DNA of 64,000 nucleotides from Oscillospiraceae bacterium (GTDB lineage: Bacteria > Bacillota > Clostridia > Oscillospirales > Oscillospiraceae): positions 29,539 to 93,538 of the forward strand of contig JAISKH010000053.1 of assembly GCA_031261325.1 (NCBI GenBank). Direction: 5' to 3'. The notes beneath the pieces were generated by a model. It did not search any database and was not told the DNA's origin. It saw nothing but the letters and a program-made list of their open reading frames with translations. A program made the translations under genes and the position numbers. This document shows, piece by piece, positions 1-8,648 of this stretch; position 1 is the first letter of the stretch, and every line of letters starts with the position of its first letter.

Positions 1-5
1 ACGCG

Positions 6-1538
6 GTGCATGTGCAAAAGTTCCTGCAGCACCTGTCGGCAATTGTCCTGCTTGACGCGTCCGCACGCAAGTGTGGTTCTGTGGTAGCCACATTTACATA
101 CCCCGCGTCGCTTTCCAGCGTGGACGATTACAAGAATACCGCAAGTAACAGCTTCATCGCGGCGGAGTCGCTGTATATTGACGACGCCGTGACTACCAGA
201 GCACAGGTTAATCGGCAACCGAATTACATGACGGAGAGCGAGGCGGCGGCGCGGTTTTTCAAAAACCTCTACGGCGGCATAAACCGCATGTGCGTCATTG
301 ACATCGGCGGCGGCAGCTCGGACTTGTTCTATTGGGAGCTTGCGAACGCGCCCGCGGACGGGTTGCCGTATTATCGCGCGATAGACAGCTCGCTGAAGCT
401 CGGCGCGCAGGATATTGTTGTCGGCGCTCTTTATCGCAACGCTAAAAACATAATTAACAGTAATAAAAATCATAAGGATACGCAGATTTACAGATTGCTT
501 AGCGAAGCGAAGCTACTTAGAGACGACGGGATAGCCAACCCCGACGCGATTATAACAGGCGACCAGGTACGGAAGATTGTAGACCAAGCAAGGAAAGTGT
601 CACGGAACGACTTTAACGCGGACTGGGAAAGCCAACTGCTCCGCAAAACCCAAAACGGCGACACAGTAGGAAACCAACTGTTGAAGACAATAACCGGTCC
701 GACGTTTGTTATTGGAAAATCGGACGCCATGATGCTCACGGCTATAGCGTTTAACATCGCCGCGATTATGTACGCGGCGGGAATGTTGATGCGCAACGGT
801 AAAGGCGCGGCAAAAGCGCAGCTCGACGTCCAATTCTCCGGTAACGGTTCCAATATGGTTAAGTGGCTCGGCAGCAGTATGGCAATAACGGCATTTGTGC
901 GCGAAATACTTGTGAGGTCGAGCGGCACGGCTTTGAGCGGAAATATTAACGTTGGGTTTTCACCCAAGCTCAAGCATGAGGCGGCGGAGGGAATGCTGTG
1001 CGGTCCGATACAGTTCGGTGGCGCAGTCTTGAACCCCGTGCAGTTTACGGCGGCGGGAGAAAGCTATGTCGGACCGAAAGCAAGGGATATTGACGAGCAT
1101 GAATTGTGGTACAAGACCGTTATCGTACCCGGACATACGCTGGTTGTGCAGCAATCACTTGATAATTACCCCGCGTCGGCGACAAACTCATCAATGTCAG
1201 CCTTTGACAGGAGCACGCTGTTTGCGCTGGGAGACGTACAAACAGGCATTTCACCTAACACAATCGGGAGAACGGAGTTCGACGGGTTGCTGAACGCGTA
1301 TAATGCGGCGGTCATGAACCTGAACGCAACCAAGAATACAGCTAACCGAATAGTGTTAACGAACGCCGTAGCCAATCCGCTCGCCGGAGAGGTAAGATTA
1401 AGCGAGACGAAATGGGAAAGCAATCGAACGGCACTCATTTCAAACGCGCTTCAAAGTCCCAACGATAACCCGGGGTCGAAATCATTTTTCCTGTTAGAAG
1501 TGGAAGCTCTGCGCGAACTGCTGTACGCAGAACTATAG
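6..1538 (+). CDS. Actin-fold (ASKHA superfamily) ATPase; 5' end lies outside the window. Divergent, MreB/ParM/FtsA-like.
   Basis: Open from the window edge, so the N-terminal ~100-150 aa with the phosphate-1 motif are not visible. Contains 'MCVIDIGGGSSDLFYWE', which matches the phosphate-2 motif of actin-like ATPases (compare DnaK '[10 protein letters not shown]' in this same window; MreB/FtsA 'DIGGGTTD'). Strong SD (AAGGGGGA) and the ATG of the next gene follow 12 nt after its stop, indicating operon linkage. No other family signature recognised. Confidence 0.5.
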   Translation: MHVQKFLQHLSAIVLLDASARKCGSVVATFTYPASLSSVDDYKNTASNSFIAAESLYIDDAVTTRAQVNRQPNYMTESEAAARFFKNLYGGINRMCVIDIGGGSSDLFYWELANAPADGLPYYRAIDSSLKLGAQDIVVGALYRNAKNIINSNKNHKDTQIYRLLSEAKLLRDDGIANPDAIITGDQVRKIVDQARKVSRNDFNADWESQLLRKTQNGDTVGNQLLKTITGPTFVIGKSDAMMLTAIAFNIAAIMYAAGMLMRNGKGAAKAQLDVQFSGNGSNMVKWLGSSMAITAFVREILVRSSGTALSGNINVGFSPKLKHEAAEGMLCGPIQFGGAVLNPVQFTAAGESYVGPKARDIDEHELWYKTVIVPGHTLVVQQSLDNYPASATNSSMSAFDRSTLFALGDVQTGISPNTIGRTEFDGLLNAYNAAVMNLNATKNTANRIVLTNAVANPLAGEVRLSETKWESNRTALISNALQSPNDNPGSKSFFLLEVEALRELLYAEL

Positions 1539-1550
1539 GGTAAGGGGGAT

Positions 1551-3068
1551 ATGATGCATACATTCAAAAAGATGAAGCTGCTGCGCACCCTGACGGTTGC
1601 CGTGCTGCTTTGCATGGCGCTCGTGCTTGCGCTGCCCGGCGAGTTCTACGCAAACGCGGCATTGTCCGACGAAGCGAAAGCGGCGGAGCTGGAGAGCATA
1701 ATCGAGACAGACATTAGGGACTATATGCTGACGCTCGACACGGCGAAATTTACAAGCAACAAATTATCACTTGATAACGGCGAAAACAAATATACGATTA
1801 TGCGAAATGTAAAGGCTGATTTCAAGATGTATACGACTGAAGCGTCTTTTGAGAAAGGCAAAGAAAAACCGGAAGAGCCATGTGATGAGATAGTAGTTGT
1901 TTTGCCATGGACAAATGACAATGGTGTGTTCACAACTGATGACGGCTCGTATTTTGTGCGTGTTTATTCGTATTCTGTAAACATATTCTATGAAGATGAC
2001 CTGAAAACGCTGAAAAATACAGCGGTTCTGCTTCAAGATGGAAAACTGGAATATGATGGCACCATAAATAAAGAGTTTGTCGAATATGTAAAATCTGGCG
2101 ATGTGATTAGTTTGTGGGAACAAGTATTGCATGACCTTGCAGCCGACGCGGTTGTACCGCAGGAACCATCTGCTGTTGCGCAACCGTCGGAAACGCCTAC
2201 TCCTTCTGAGGCAGTTAAAACGGAAACAAACGCTCCCCCTGCGGACAACACCGCGAGCAATACCCCCGCTCCAAAGAGCGTCGCAATCAAAGGCGGGCAG
2301 TTTGTCGTTCTCATAATTCTCATAGTGCTTACAATAGCCTGCGGTGTCTTTGTTTTAGTGCAGATTGACAAAGTGTATAAGCACGTATCCACCACCAGTA
2401 AAAAAGTACTGGAAGCGATAGACAGGCTCGAGAAGAAAATAGATAAAGAGATTGAGGAGAACGAGATACACGTAATATCGGAAAATTTAGAGGAAATACT
2501 GAACAATCAGTCCAAGGGCGGCAAATCGACGCAGACAAAAGCAAGTAATGATTCATATTATACCGACTGGTATCCCGAAGAACGCAGTAAATCAGAGTTC
2601 GACTATAAAGCGTATTATGACGATTCCGCAAAACAAACACCCATCACCCCGCAATACAAAGACCCGCTGGCTGATTTACCGTTTCTGCTCGACGAATTGT
2701 CGGCGGTCACAGAGAACAACGGCGCGGGTTGGACGGAACGACCGGCGGTCGGGAAGCTCGAAAACAAGTACACAATCGGCAGGGACAGCACAGGAGTCGG
2801 CTATTCTGTTTCAAACACCGAAGTGTCGGAAAAGTCGTACATCGTCGGGTTCTCGCTCGGAAACAAACAGTATGCCATTCCAACGCTGAAAAGCGGCGAA
2901 TTGACTTCGCAACCGTGGCTGAAGGAATGGTTCGACATTCGAGGAGACATCAGAACGAAGCTAGGATTTACCATCATAAACCCTGCGGAGGTTGAGGGAA
3001 GCGCCGGTCAGGTGAACGGCACGGTCAGGTGCGCCAAAAAGGGCACAATAGAGGCGAAGAAATCTTGA
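1551..3068 (+). CDS. Secreted/bitopic membrane protein: signal peptide, ~190-aa extracellular domain, Pro/Thr/Ser-rich linker, one TM helix, cytoplasmic coiled coil and a conserved ~100-aa C-terminal domain
   Basis: N-terminus 'MKLLRTLTVAVLLCMALVLALPGEFYANA' is a signal peptide. Low-complexity 'PSETPTPSEAVKTETNAPPADNTASNTPAPKS' precedes the hydrophobic stretch 'FVVLIILIVLTIACGVFVLV'. The charged heptad-like stretch 'KKVLEAIDRLEKKIDKEIEENEI' follows. The C-terminal ~100 aa are paralogous to the C-terminus of the next gene. No family recognised. Confidence 0.55.
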   Translation: MMHTFKKMKLLRTLTVAVLLCMALVLALPGEFYANAALSDEAKAAELESIIETDIRDYMLTLDTAKFTSNKLSLDNGENKYTIMRNVKADFKMYTTEASFEKGKEKPEEPCDEIVVVLPWTNDNGVFTTDDGSYFVRVYSYSVNIFYEDDLKTLKNTAVLLQDGKLEYDGTINKEFVEYVKSGDVISLWEQVLHDLAADAVVPQEPSAVAQPSETPTPSEAVKTETNAPPADNTASNTPAPKSVAIKGGQFVVLIILIVLTIACGVFVLVQIDKVYKHVSTTSKKVLEAIDRLEKKIDKEIEENEIHVISENLEEILNNQSKGGKSTQTKASNDSYYTDWYPEERSKSEFDYKAYYDDSAKQTPITPQYKDPLADLPFLLDELSAVTENNGAGWTERPAVGKLENKYTIGRDSTGVGYSVSNTEVSEKSYIVGFSLGNKQYAIPTLKSGELTSQPWLKEWFDIRGDIRTKLGFTIINPAEVEGSAGQVNGTVRCAKKGTIEAKKS

Positions 3069-3076
3069 CAAACGAA

Positions 3077-4429
3077 ATGATTGTGATATTAAGCTGTGCA
3101 TCGCCGATAGTCCTGTTTGCGGTGTTTGCGATTGTTGTCTATCACAAGCTGCGGAAGCTGAAGCAAGCGGCGGTTGCGGCGGAGCTGAATATTGATTCAA
3201 ACACGCCGTTTGAGGTCGCCGAAGCGGAAGCGCACACAGCGACGATAAGCAACCTGCACAGCGCGTCGGACAACGCCTCGGACGCGTATGGCGCGATTGT
3301 CGCGCTTCAAATCGCGCTGGTGTCCATTAAGAAGTACTTACTGGACGCGTCAGGCGGTCTGTCGGAGAGCGTGAACGCGTTTGAGCGCGGCACCGATAAG
3401 CTCACCGTTCTTTCCCAAACGACGGGAGACGCGATAAAAAGCTTCTCGTCGGACGTCGCCGCGGCAATTGCGAACGGCGTTTCGGAGAGCGTCGGCACCG
3501 CAAACGAAAACGAGCAAGCTCTGCGCGAGAAATATTCTGACGCGGTAAACGGTTACATCGCCGCGTCGCAGAGCATGTTGACGGGGTTCGACCGCACGTC
3601 GGGCGGGTTCCGCACGGAGCACGACGTGTTCATTCAAACGTCGCAAGCGTTGCATAAGTCGATTAACGCTTCGGCGCAGTCGGCAAACGAACTGAAAAAC
3701 ATCGCGGTTGCGCTGAACTCGGACGGCGTGAAGTACCTCGACAAGTTGCAAACCACAACGGATAATCTTGAGAATAAGCGGCGAGAGTACGAAGCGCAGT
3801 TTGCCGCGCGCACAAATCCCGACATTGAGGGCGCGTTCAGGAAGCTTGAGGACGAGAAACGCCGCGCGAAGTCGCCCGAAGCGAACGCCATGGCACCGCG
3901 GCAATCGACCGACGAATTTTGGAAACGACTTGTGCGGGCAGTTCAAAACGGAGCGGAAAAAGCCGCGCAGACGGACGTGACCGCGTTGCTCCGCGACTTG
4001 TCCGAGAGCACCAAGCTTAACGGCGTAGGTCTGACGAACTCGGAAACTGTCAAGAATCTCGAAAACAAGTTTGAAATCGGCAAAACCGCAAGCGGAACGG
4101 GCTATACGATTGCAAATACTGAAGTGTTGTACGAATCGTATCTCGTCGGCTTCAGTCTCGGGGGCAAAATTTACGCCATACCGACGCTGAAAGGCAGCGC
4201 CTTAAGCTCGCAGAAGTGGCTGTCGGACTGGTTCGACATCAGCGGGGCAATCGACCCGCTGCGCGGCTTCACGATTAAGAAGCTGGCGGAGGTTAACATC
4301 TCGGAATCGGGCGCGGTCAAGTGCACCGCGAAAGGCGTGATTCAAGCGAATTGGGCGCAACCCGCGAATCAAAGCAATCCAAATCAAACAGTAAAGGGGA
4401 GAGCAAAGGGTGACGTTAGGAAAAAGTGA
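3077..4429 (+). CDS. Bitopic membrane protein: N-terminal TM anchor, long alpha-helical region, and a C-terminal ~100-aa domain paralogous to that of the upstream gene
   Basis: ATG at 3077 is in frame with the 3029 ORF and gives 'MIVILSCASPIVLFAVFAIVVYHKLRKLK' (TM followed by basic residues, so the C-terminus is predicted inside). The middle is Ala/Ser/Gln-rich and helical. The C-terminus 'LENKFEIGKTASGTGYTIANTEVLYESYLVGFSLGGKIYAIPTLKGSALSSQKWLSDWFDISG' aligns with 'LENKYTIGRDSTGVGYSVSNTEVSEKSYIVGFSLGNKQYAIPTLKSGELTSQPWLKEWFDIRG' of the 1551 gene. Confidence 0.55.
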   Translation: MIVILSCASPIVLFAVFAIVVYHKLRKLKQAAVAAELNIDSNTPFEVAEAEAHTATISNLHSASDNASDAYGAIVALQIALVSIKKYLLDASGGLSESVNAFERGTDKLTVLSQTTGDAIKSFSSDVAAAIANGVSESVGTANENEQALREKYSDAVNGYIAASQSMLTGFDRTSGGFRTEHDVFIQTSQALHKSINASAQSANELKNIAVALNSDGVKYLDKLQTTTDNLENKRREYEAQFAARTNPDIEGAFRKLEDEKRRAKSPEANAMAPRQSTDEFWKRLVRAVQNGAEKAAQTDVTALLRDLSESTKLNGVGLTNSETVKNLENKFEIGKTASGTGYTIANTEVLYESYLVGFSLGGKIYAIPTLKGSALSSQKWLSDWFDISGAIDPLRGFTIKKLAEVNISESGAVKCTAKGVIQANWAQPANQSNPNQTVKGRAKGDVRKK

Positions 4430-5399
4430 CATCGGGTACCTGCATTTCATCGCGCTTGCTGTGCTGTACATAGTGTCATTCGCGGTCACGGTGCTGTACG
4501 GCGTTCTGTGGTTCGCCCCTGCGGCGACATTTGCGGCGGCTTTCGCGCTGTTTGTCGCGGTTCAGATTCGCACCGCGCTCGGCACCGCGACGCTTGCCGA
4601 AATCAGAACCTTCACGCTCGCGGTCGGCGAAATATCAATACTCGGCGTTGTGTCATGGCTCGTGCTTCCGCTGATTGCGCGAACGCTGACGCAGACGGTG
4701 CAAATTGTCGCGGTTGCCGAATTTGTCCTCGGCGCGGGAATGCTGTGCGTGCTGTACGCGAGCTTTAACGCGTACCAAAAGCGTATGCAGACCGATAAGG
4801 CGGTGACGGAGAACACAGGCAGACTCGGGCTGCTCACGCTTGACGTCGCGAACGTCCTGCAAGACATTCAACTGGACGCGAGTGAGAACGAGCTGATTGT
4901 CACGAACTGCGTTGATAACATCGAACGAGCAATCGACAACATGGACGGATACCTGACGTGGCAGGAAGTTGTGTCCGGCGAAATGCGTCAAATATTTGAC
5001 AGCACATTAAAAAGCATATACAAAAACGCGGCGAAAGAGTTTGAAAAGCTCTCGGAATCGGGGCTTGCCATTATTGATTCTTACGCGCGCGATATAACCG
5101 AAAAAATGACCGAGAACGCGCGACTTTCCGAATCGGCCGCGGAAAGGTTCCTGCAAGAAGTCGCAAAATACAAGGCGTTTAGCGCCGACTCCGCAAAGGC
5201 GGCGGACAGCCTGAATTACGCGACCGAAAACCTGACGAAAATGCTCACTCCGCACGTCAAGCTGTTTCAACAGGCGGACGCGCTTATCGCGCGCGCTTCA
5301 AATGAATTTCAGATATTCACGTCGCAATGCGCGCACTCGTTTAATGACGAGATGAAAAAGCAGATGGAAATAGCTCTGGCGCAAATCAAAAAAGTGTAG
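4410..5399 (+). CDS. Polytopic (~4 TM) membrane protein with a ~200-aa cytoplasmic alpha-helical domain
   Basis: GTG start preceded by AAGGGGAG. It overlaps the stop of the previous gene by 20 nt. The N-terminal 120 aa hold about four hydrophobic helices (e.g. 'YLHFIALAVLYIVSFAVTVLYGVLWFAPAATFAAAFALFVAV'). The remainder is charged and helical ('EFEKLSESGLAIIDSYARDITEKMTENARLSE'). No family recognised. Confidence 0.5.
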   Translation: MTLGKSDIGYLHFIALAVLYIVSFAVTVLYGVLWFAPAATFAAAFALFVAVQIRTALGTATLAEIRTFTLAVGEISILGVVSWLVLPLIARTLTQTVQIVAVAEFVLGAGMLCVLYASFNAYQKRMQTDKAVTENTGRLGLLTLDVANVLQDIQLDASENELIVTNCVDNIERAIDNMDGYLTWQEVVSGEMRQIFDSTLKSIYKNAAKEFEKLSESGLAIIDSYARDITEKMTENARLSESAAERFLQEVAKYKAFSADSAKAADSLNYATENLTKMLTPHVKLFQQADALIARASNEFQIFTSQCAHSFNDEMKKQMEIALAQIKKV

Positions 5400-5404
5400 T
5401 TATT

Positions 5405-6790
5405 ATGAAAAAAGCTGTACTTACAATAGCAATTATTTTGTCGGCGGTTATCGCGCTTTTCGGTTGCGGCTCACCCCGCAATAAGAGCGTGCCAATCGAC
5501 GCGTATTTGCTGCGCGAATTGTCCAATCTTGCGACGACAATCGACGTTTCGGACTACAACATCTCGGCGGAAGAGTTCGACAAGGTGATAAACGACTTTC
5601 TCGAGAACAACACAGACATTTTCTATATCGGAAACGCGTATGAATATACGCAAATTGACGACGCGGTAGACGTCGTAACACTACAATATACTGACACGCC
5701 CGAGAACATAAAGGTGCGCTATCGCCAGATTCGCGAGGGAATTGAGCTTTCGGTGTACGAGCTGCTGTACAGCGAGTTGTCCGCGTATGCCGACGAAATT
5801 GACCTGTCGGCATACAAGATACCCCCGTCCGACATGGAACTGCTGTTTAAGGGCTTCCTAAGCGTTCACACGAAGCTGTATTACGTTGACAGCGAGCTTG
5901 AATTTGTATATTCAAACGGCATTGTCGGCGTAATATACCCGCATTACATCAGCGACAAGGTACCGCCGCCGCAACCGACGGACAGCCCGACTCCGCCGCC
6001 AAGCGAGCAGCCGCAGTCAAGCGAAGCCCCGCCGCCGACGCAGAAGCCGCCCGCACCTGAAACGCTCACGCTTGAGGAATTGCTTGTCCGCGAGATTGAG
6101 AGCTACGCCAAGTCGATTGACATTTCGTCGTATGCGATATACGAAAGCGAATTGAGCGATGTTTACTTCGGCTTTATGGACGAGCACCCTGAATTGTTTT
6201 ACGCGCAGGGGCGCGTCAGCTATTCCGAGGATTCGTCGGGCAAAATTACAATCGTCTACCCGTTCTACAGCGCGGAGCCTGACGTTATAACCGTGCAGCG
6301 GCGGGAGTTCGAGGCGGCGGTGGACGCGGCAGTCGCCGCGATACCCGTCGGCTTAACCGACGCGGAAAAGGTCGTTGCCGTCAGCGACTACTTATGCGTG
6401 AACGCGACGTATGACCTCACATATGAGCACAGGTTCGCTTACGACATACTCGTTCTCGGAATCGGCGTTTGCAACGGGTATGCCGACGCGTATAACGTGA
6501 TACTGTCGCGTCTCGGCATCGAGAGCTTCAAGCTGATAAGTATAGGCATGAACCACGCGTGGACTATGGTCAAAATCAACGGCGAATGGTACCATTGCGA
6601 CGCGACATGGAACGACCCAACGCCCGATGTCGGCAACGTATACCACAGTTACATTCTCCTGCCCGACGACGTAATGTCCGACAACAGGCATAACCACTAC
6701 GGCTGGGTGGAAACCGCCCCACCGGCCGACGACTATACATATGTTGATGCATACTGGATAACGGAAAGCAGCCCCATAAACTTCGGTTGA
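5405..6790 (+). CDS. Lipoprotein with two internally repeated N-terminal domains, a Pro-rich linker and a C-terminal transglutaminase-like (papain-fold Cys-His-Asp) domain
   Basis: The signal peptide carries a lipobox, 'ALFGC'. Two similar segments are present ('DVSDYNISAEEFDKVINDFLENNTDIFYIGNAYEY' and 'DISSYAIYESELSDVYFGFMDEHPELFYAQGRVSY'). The linker is 'PPPQPTDSPTPPPSEQPQSSEAPPPTQKPPAPE'. The C-terminal 'GIGVCNGYADAY ... NHAWTMVKINGEWYHCDATWND' matches the transglutaminase-like core (G-x-C-x-x-Y-A, H-A-W, D-x-T). The start lies 5 nt after the previous stop. Confidence 0.6.
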   Translation: MKKAVLTIAIILSAVIALFGCGSPRNKSVPIDAYLLRELSNLATTIDVSDYNISAEEFDKVINDFLENNTDIFYIGNAYEYTQIDDAVDVVTLQYTDTPENIKVRYRQIREGIELSVYELLYSELSAYADEIDLSAYKIPPSDMELLFKGFLSVHTKLYYVDSELEFVYSNGIVGVIYPHYISDKVPPPQPTDSPTPPPSEQPQSSEAPPPTQKPPAPETLTLEELLVREIESYAKSIDISSYAIYESELSDVYFGFMDEHPELFYAQGRVSYSEDSSGKITIVYPFYSAEPDVITVQRREFEAAVDAAVAAIPVGLTDAEKVVAVSDYLCVNATYDLTYEHRFAYDILVLGIGVCNGYADAYNVILSRLGIESFKLISIGMNHAWTMVKINGEWYHCDATWNDPTPDVGNVYHSYILLPDDVMSDNRHNHYGWVETAPPADDYTYVDAYWITESSPINFG

Positions 6791-6814
6791 GATTTGTAAC
6801 CGCAGGTTACAAAC

Positions 6815-6858
6815 GAGCGGGAGACTTCAGGCAATATGCTTGAAGTCTCCCGTTTTCG
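6815..6858 (+). terminator. Rho-independent terminator closing the five-gene operon
   Basis: GGGAGACTTCA-ggcaatatgc-TTGAAGTCTCCC forms an 11-bp GC-rich stem. It is followed by GTTTTCG and lies immediately after the stop at 6790. Confidence 0.7.
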
Positions 6859-7037
6859 TTAATAAAGTTACAATTCATACGTTAAAGTGTATATATAATC
6901 ATGTTGAAAATTACGCCAATATGTGATAAACTACAATCAGCACAATAGCTTGTGCCGTAGAGTATATCAGTTCTTGCCGAATAAAGTCATACCGCGTAAA
7001 AACGGCATGAACGGCGGATTGTGATGGGTAGAAAATT

Positions 7038-8501
7038 ATGTTACTTAAAAAAAGAACCGTAATCCTCATTGCGGTTATTGTCTTAGTGGTTGACGCCGCG
7101 CTCGCCCTTGGCGGATTTTACATAGCTCGCATAGACGAAACAGCGGTTTACGCGTTGCCGATTGCGGCGATATTGGCGGCGGCAGTCACGCTGCTGCCGA
7201 TTCTTTCGCTTCTGCGACTGCTGAAAAACGGCGCGGACAACATCGACAAGTTTCTAAAGCTCGCGTCGGCGGGTCATCTTGAAAAACGCTTTGAGGAAAA
7301 CAGCGCGGAAGCCTTCCCGGAAATCGCGACAAATCTGAATATCATGATGGCAAATCTGGAGAAAATGAGCCACGCCAAGAGCGATTTTCTCTCCAGCATG
7401 AGTCATGAAATTCGCACGCCCATGAGCGCGATTATAGGCATGGCGCAAATCGCGCGCAACGCCACGGATAAGGCGAGAATCGACGACTGTCTGCAAAAAA
7501 TCGAGGACAACTCCAAGCACCTGATTGGCGTTATCAACGACATTCTCGACTTCTCAAAGGTCGAATCCGGCAAGCTCCAGCTTGACGAGCAGCTCTTCTC
7601 GCTGAGGGAAAATCTGGCGTTTGTCGAATCCATGTTCCAAGGCAAGATGGAGGAAAAGCACCTCGACTTCAGCCTTGTCGTCAAGGACATCAAGAACGAC
7701 GGCATAGTCACGGATTCGCTGCGCCTTAACCAAGTGCTGATAAACCTGCTGTCCAACGCCGTGAAGTTCACGAACGCGGGCGGTAAAGTCACCCTCACGG
7801 CGGAGGAGCTTATGCACATGGGCAACGACAGCGTTTACGCTTTCGCCGTCACCGACACGGGCATAGGCATTGAACCCGAGCAGGCGAAAAAGCTGTTCAC
7901 GCCGTTCGTACAGGCGAGCGCGGGTACGGCGAAGCTATACGGCGGAACGGGGCTTGGGCTTGTGATTTCCAAGAACATCGTCGAAAAAATGGGCGGCGAC
8001 ATTGAGCTTGACAGCGTGCCCGGAGAGGGGAGCACGTTCAGCTTCACAATCCGCGTCGTCTCACAGGAAGCCGCCGAGCCCGCCGCGCAGGAGGAAGAGG
8101 AGCAAGGCGCGCCCGACTTCCACGGCAAGCGGCTCCTTATAGTGGACGACATTGAGATTAACCGCGAGATTGCGGTTGAGATACTGCGCGAAACCTGCGT
8201 CGAAATGGAATGCGCGGAGAACGGCAAGGTCGCGCTCGACATGTTCCTGAACGCGCCAGAGGGCTATTACGACATGATTCTCATGGATATGCAAATGCCT
8301 GTAATGGACGGCTGCGAGTCAACCGAAATGATACGCAAGAGCGGCAAGCGCGACGCGGCGACAATCAAAATCGTCGCCGTGACGGCGAACGTCATGCGTG
8401 ACGACGTGGCGCGCGCCTATGCCGCAGGTATGAACGGACACATCGGCAAGCCCATCGACTTCGGTGAAGCTTACAAGATAATGGCGACAATGCTGAAATA
8501 G
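7038..8501 (+). CDS. Hybrid sensor histidine kinase with a C-terminal receiver domain
   Basis: Two N-terminal TM segments. H-box 'SHEIRTPMSAIIGMAQI'. N-box 'LLSNAVKFT'. G-boxes 'DTGIGI' and 'GGTGLGLVISKNIVEKMGG'. The receiver shows 'LLIVDDIEINREIA ... ILMDMQMPVMDG ... KIVAVTA'. Confidence 0.85.
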   Translation: MLLKKRTVILIAVIVLVVDAALALGGFYIARIDETAVYALPIAAILAAAVTLLPILSLLRLLKNGADNIDKFLKLASAGHLEKRFEENSAEAFPEIATNLNIMMANLEKMSHAKSDFLSSMSHEIRTPMSAIIGMAQIARNATDKARIDDCLQKIEDNSKHLIGVINDILDFSKVESGKLQLDEQLFSLRENLAFVESMFQGKMEEKHLDFSLVVKDIKNDGIVTDSLRLNQVLINLLSNAVKFTNAGGKVTLTAEELMHMGNDSVYAFAVTDTGIGIEPEQAKKLFTPFVQASAGTAKLYGGTGLGLVISKNIVEKMGGDIELDSVPGEGSTFSFTIRVVSQEAAEPAAQEEEEQGAPDFHGKRLLIVDDIEINREIAVEILRETCVEMECAENGKVALDMFLNAPEGYYDMILMDMQMPVMDGCESTEMIRKSGKRDAATIKIVAVTANVMRDDVARAYAAGMNGHIGKPIDFGEAYKIMATMLK

Positions 8502-8648
8502 GCGATATACTGTAAAACAACCATAAGGTCAAGGACGCAACGCGGCGTAATTTCTCCAATGAGTTCCGGCGCAAATTGTTCACAACCCGCGTCGGCGGTT
8601 ATTTATACGCGAAACGGCAAGTAAAAAAAGTTGGGGTGTGTTGTAGTT

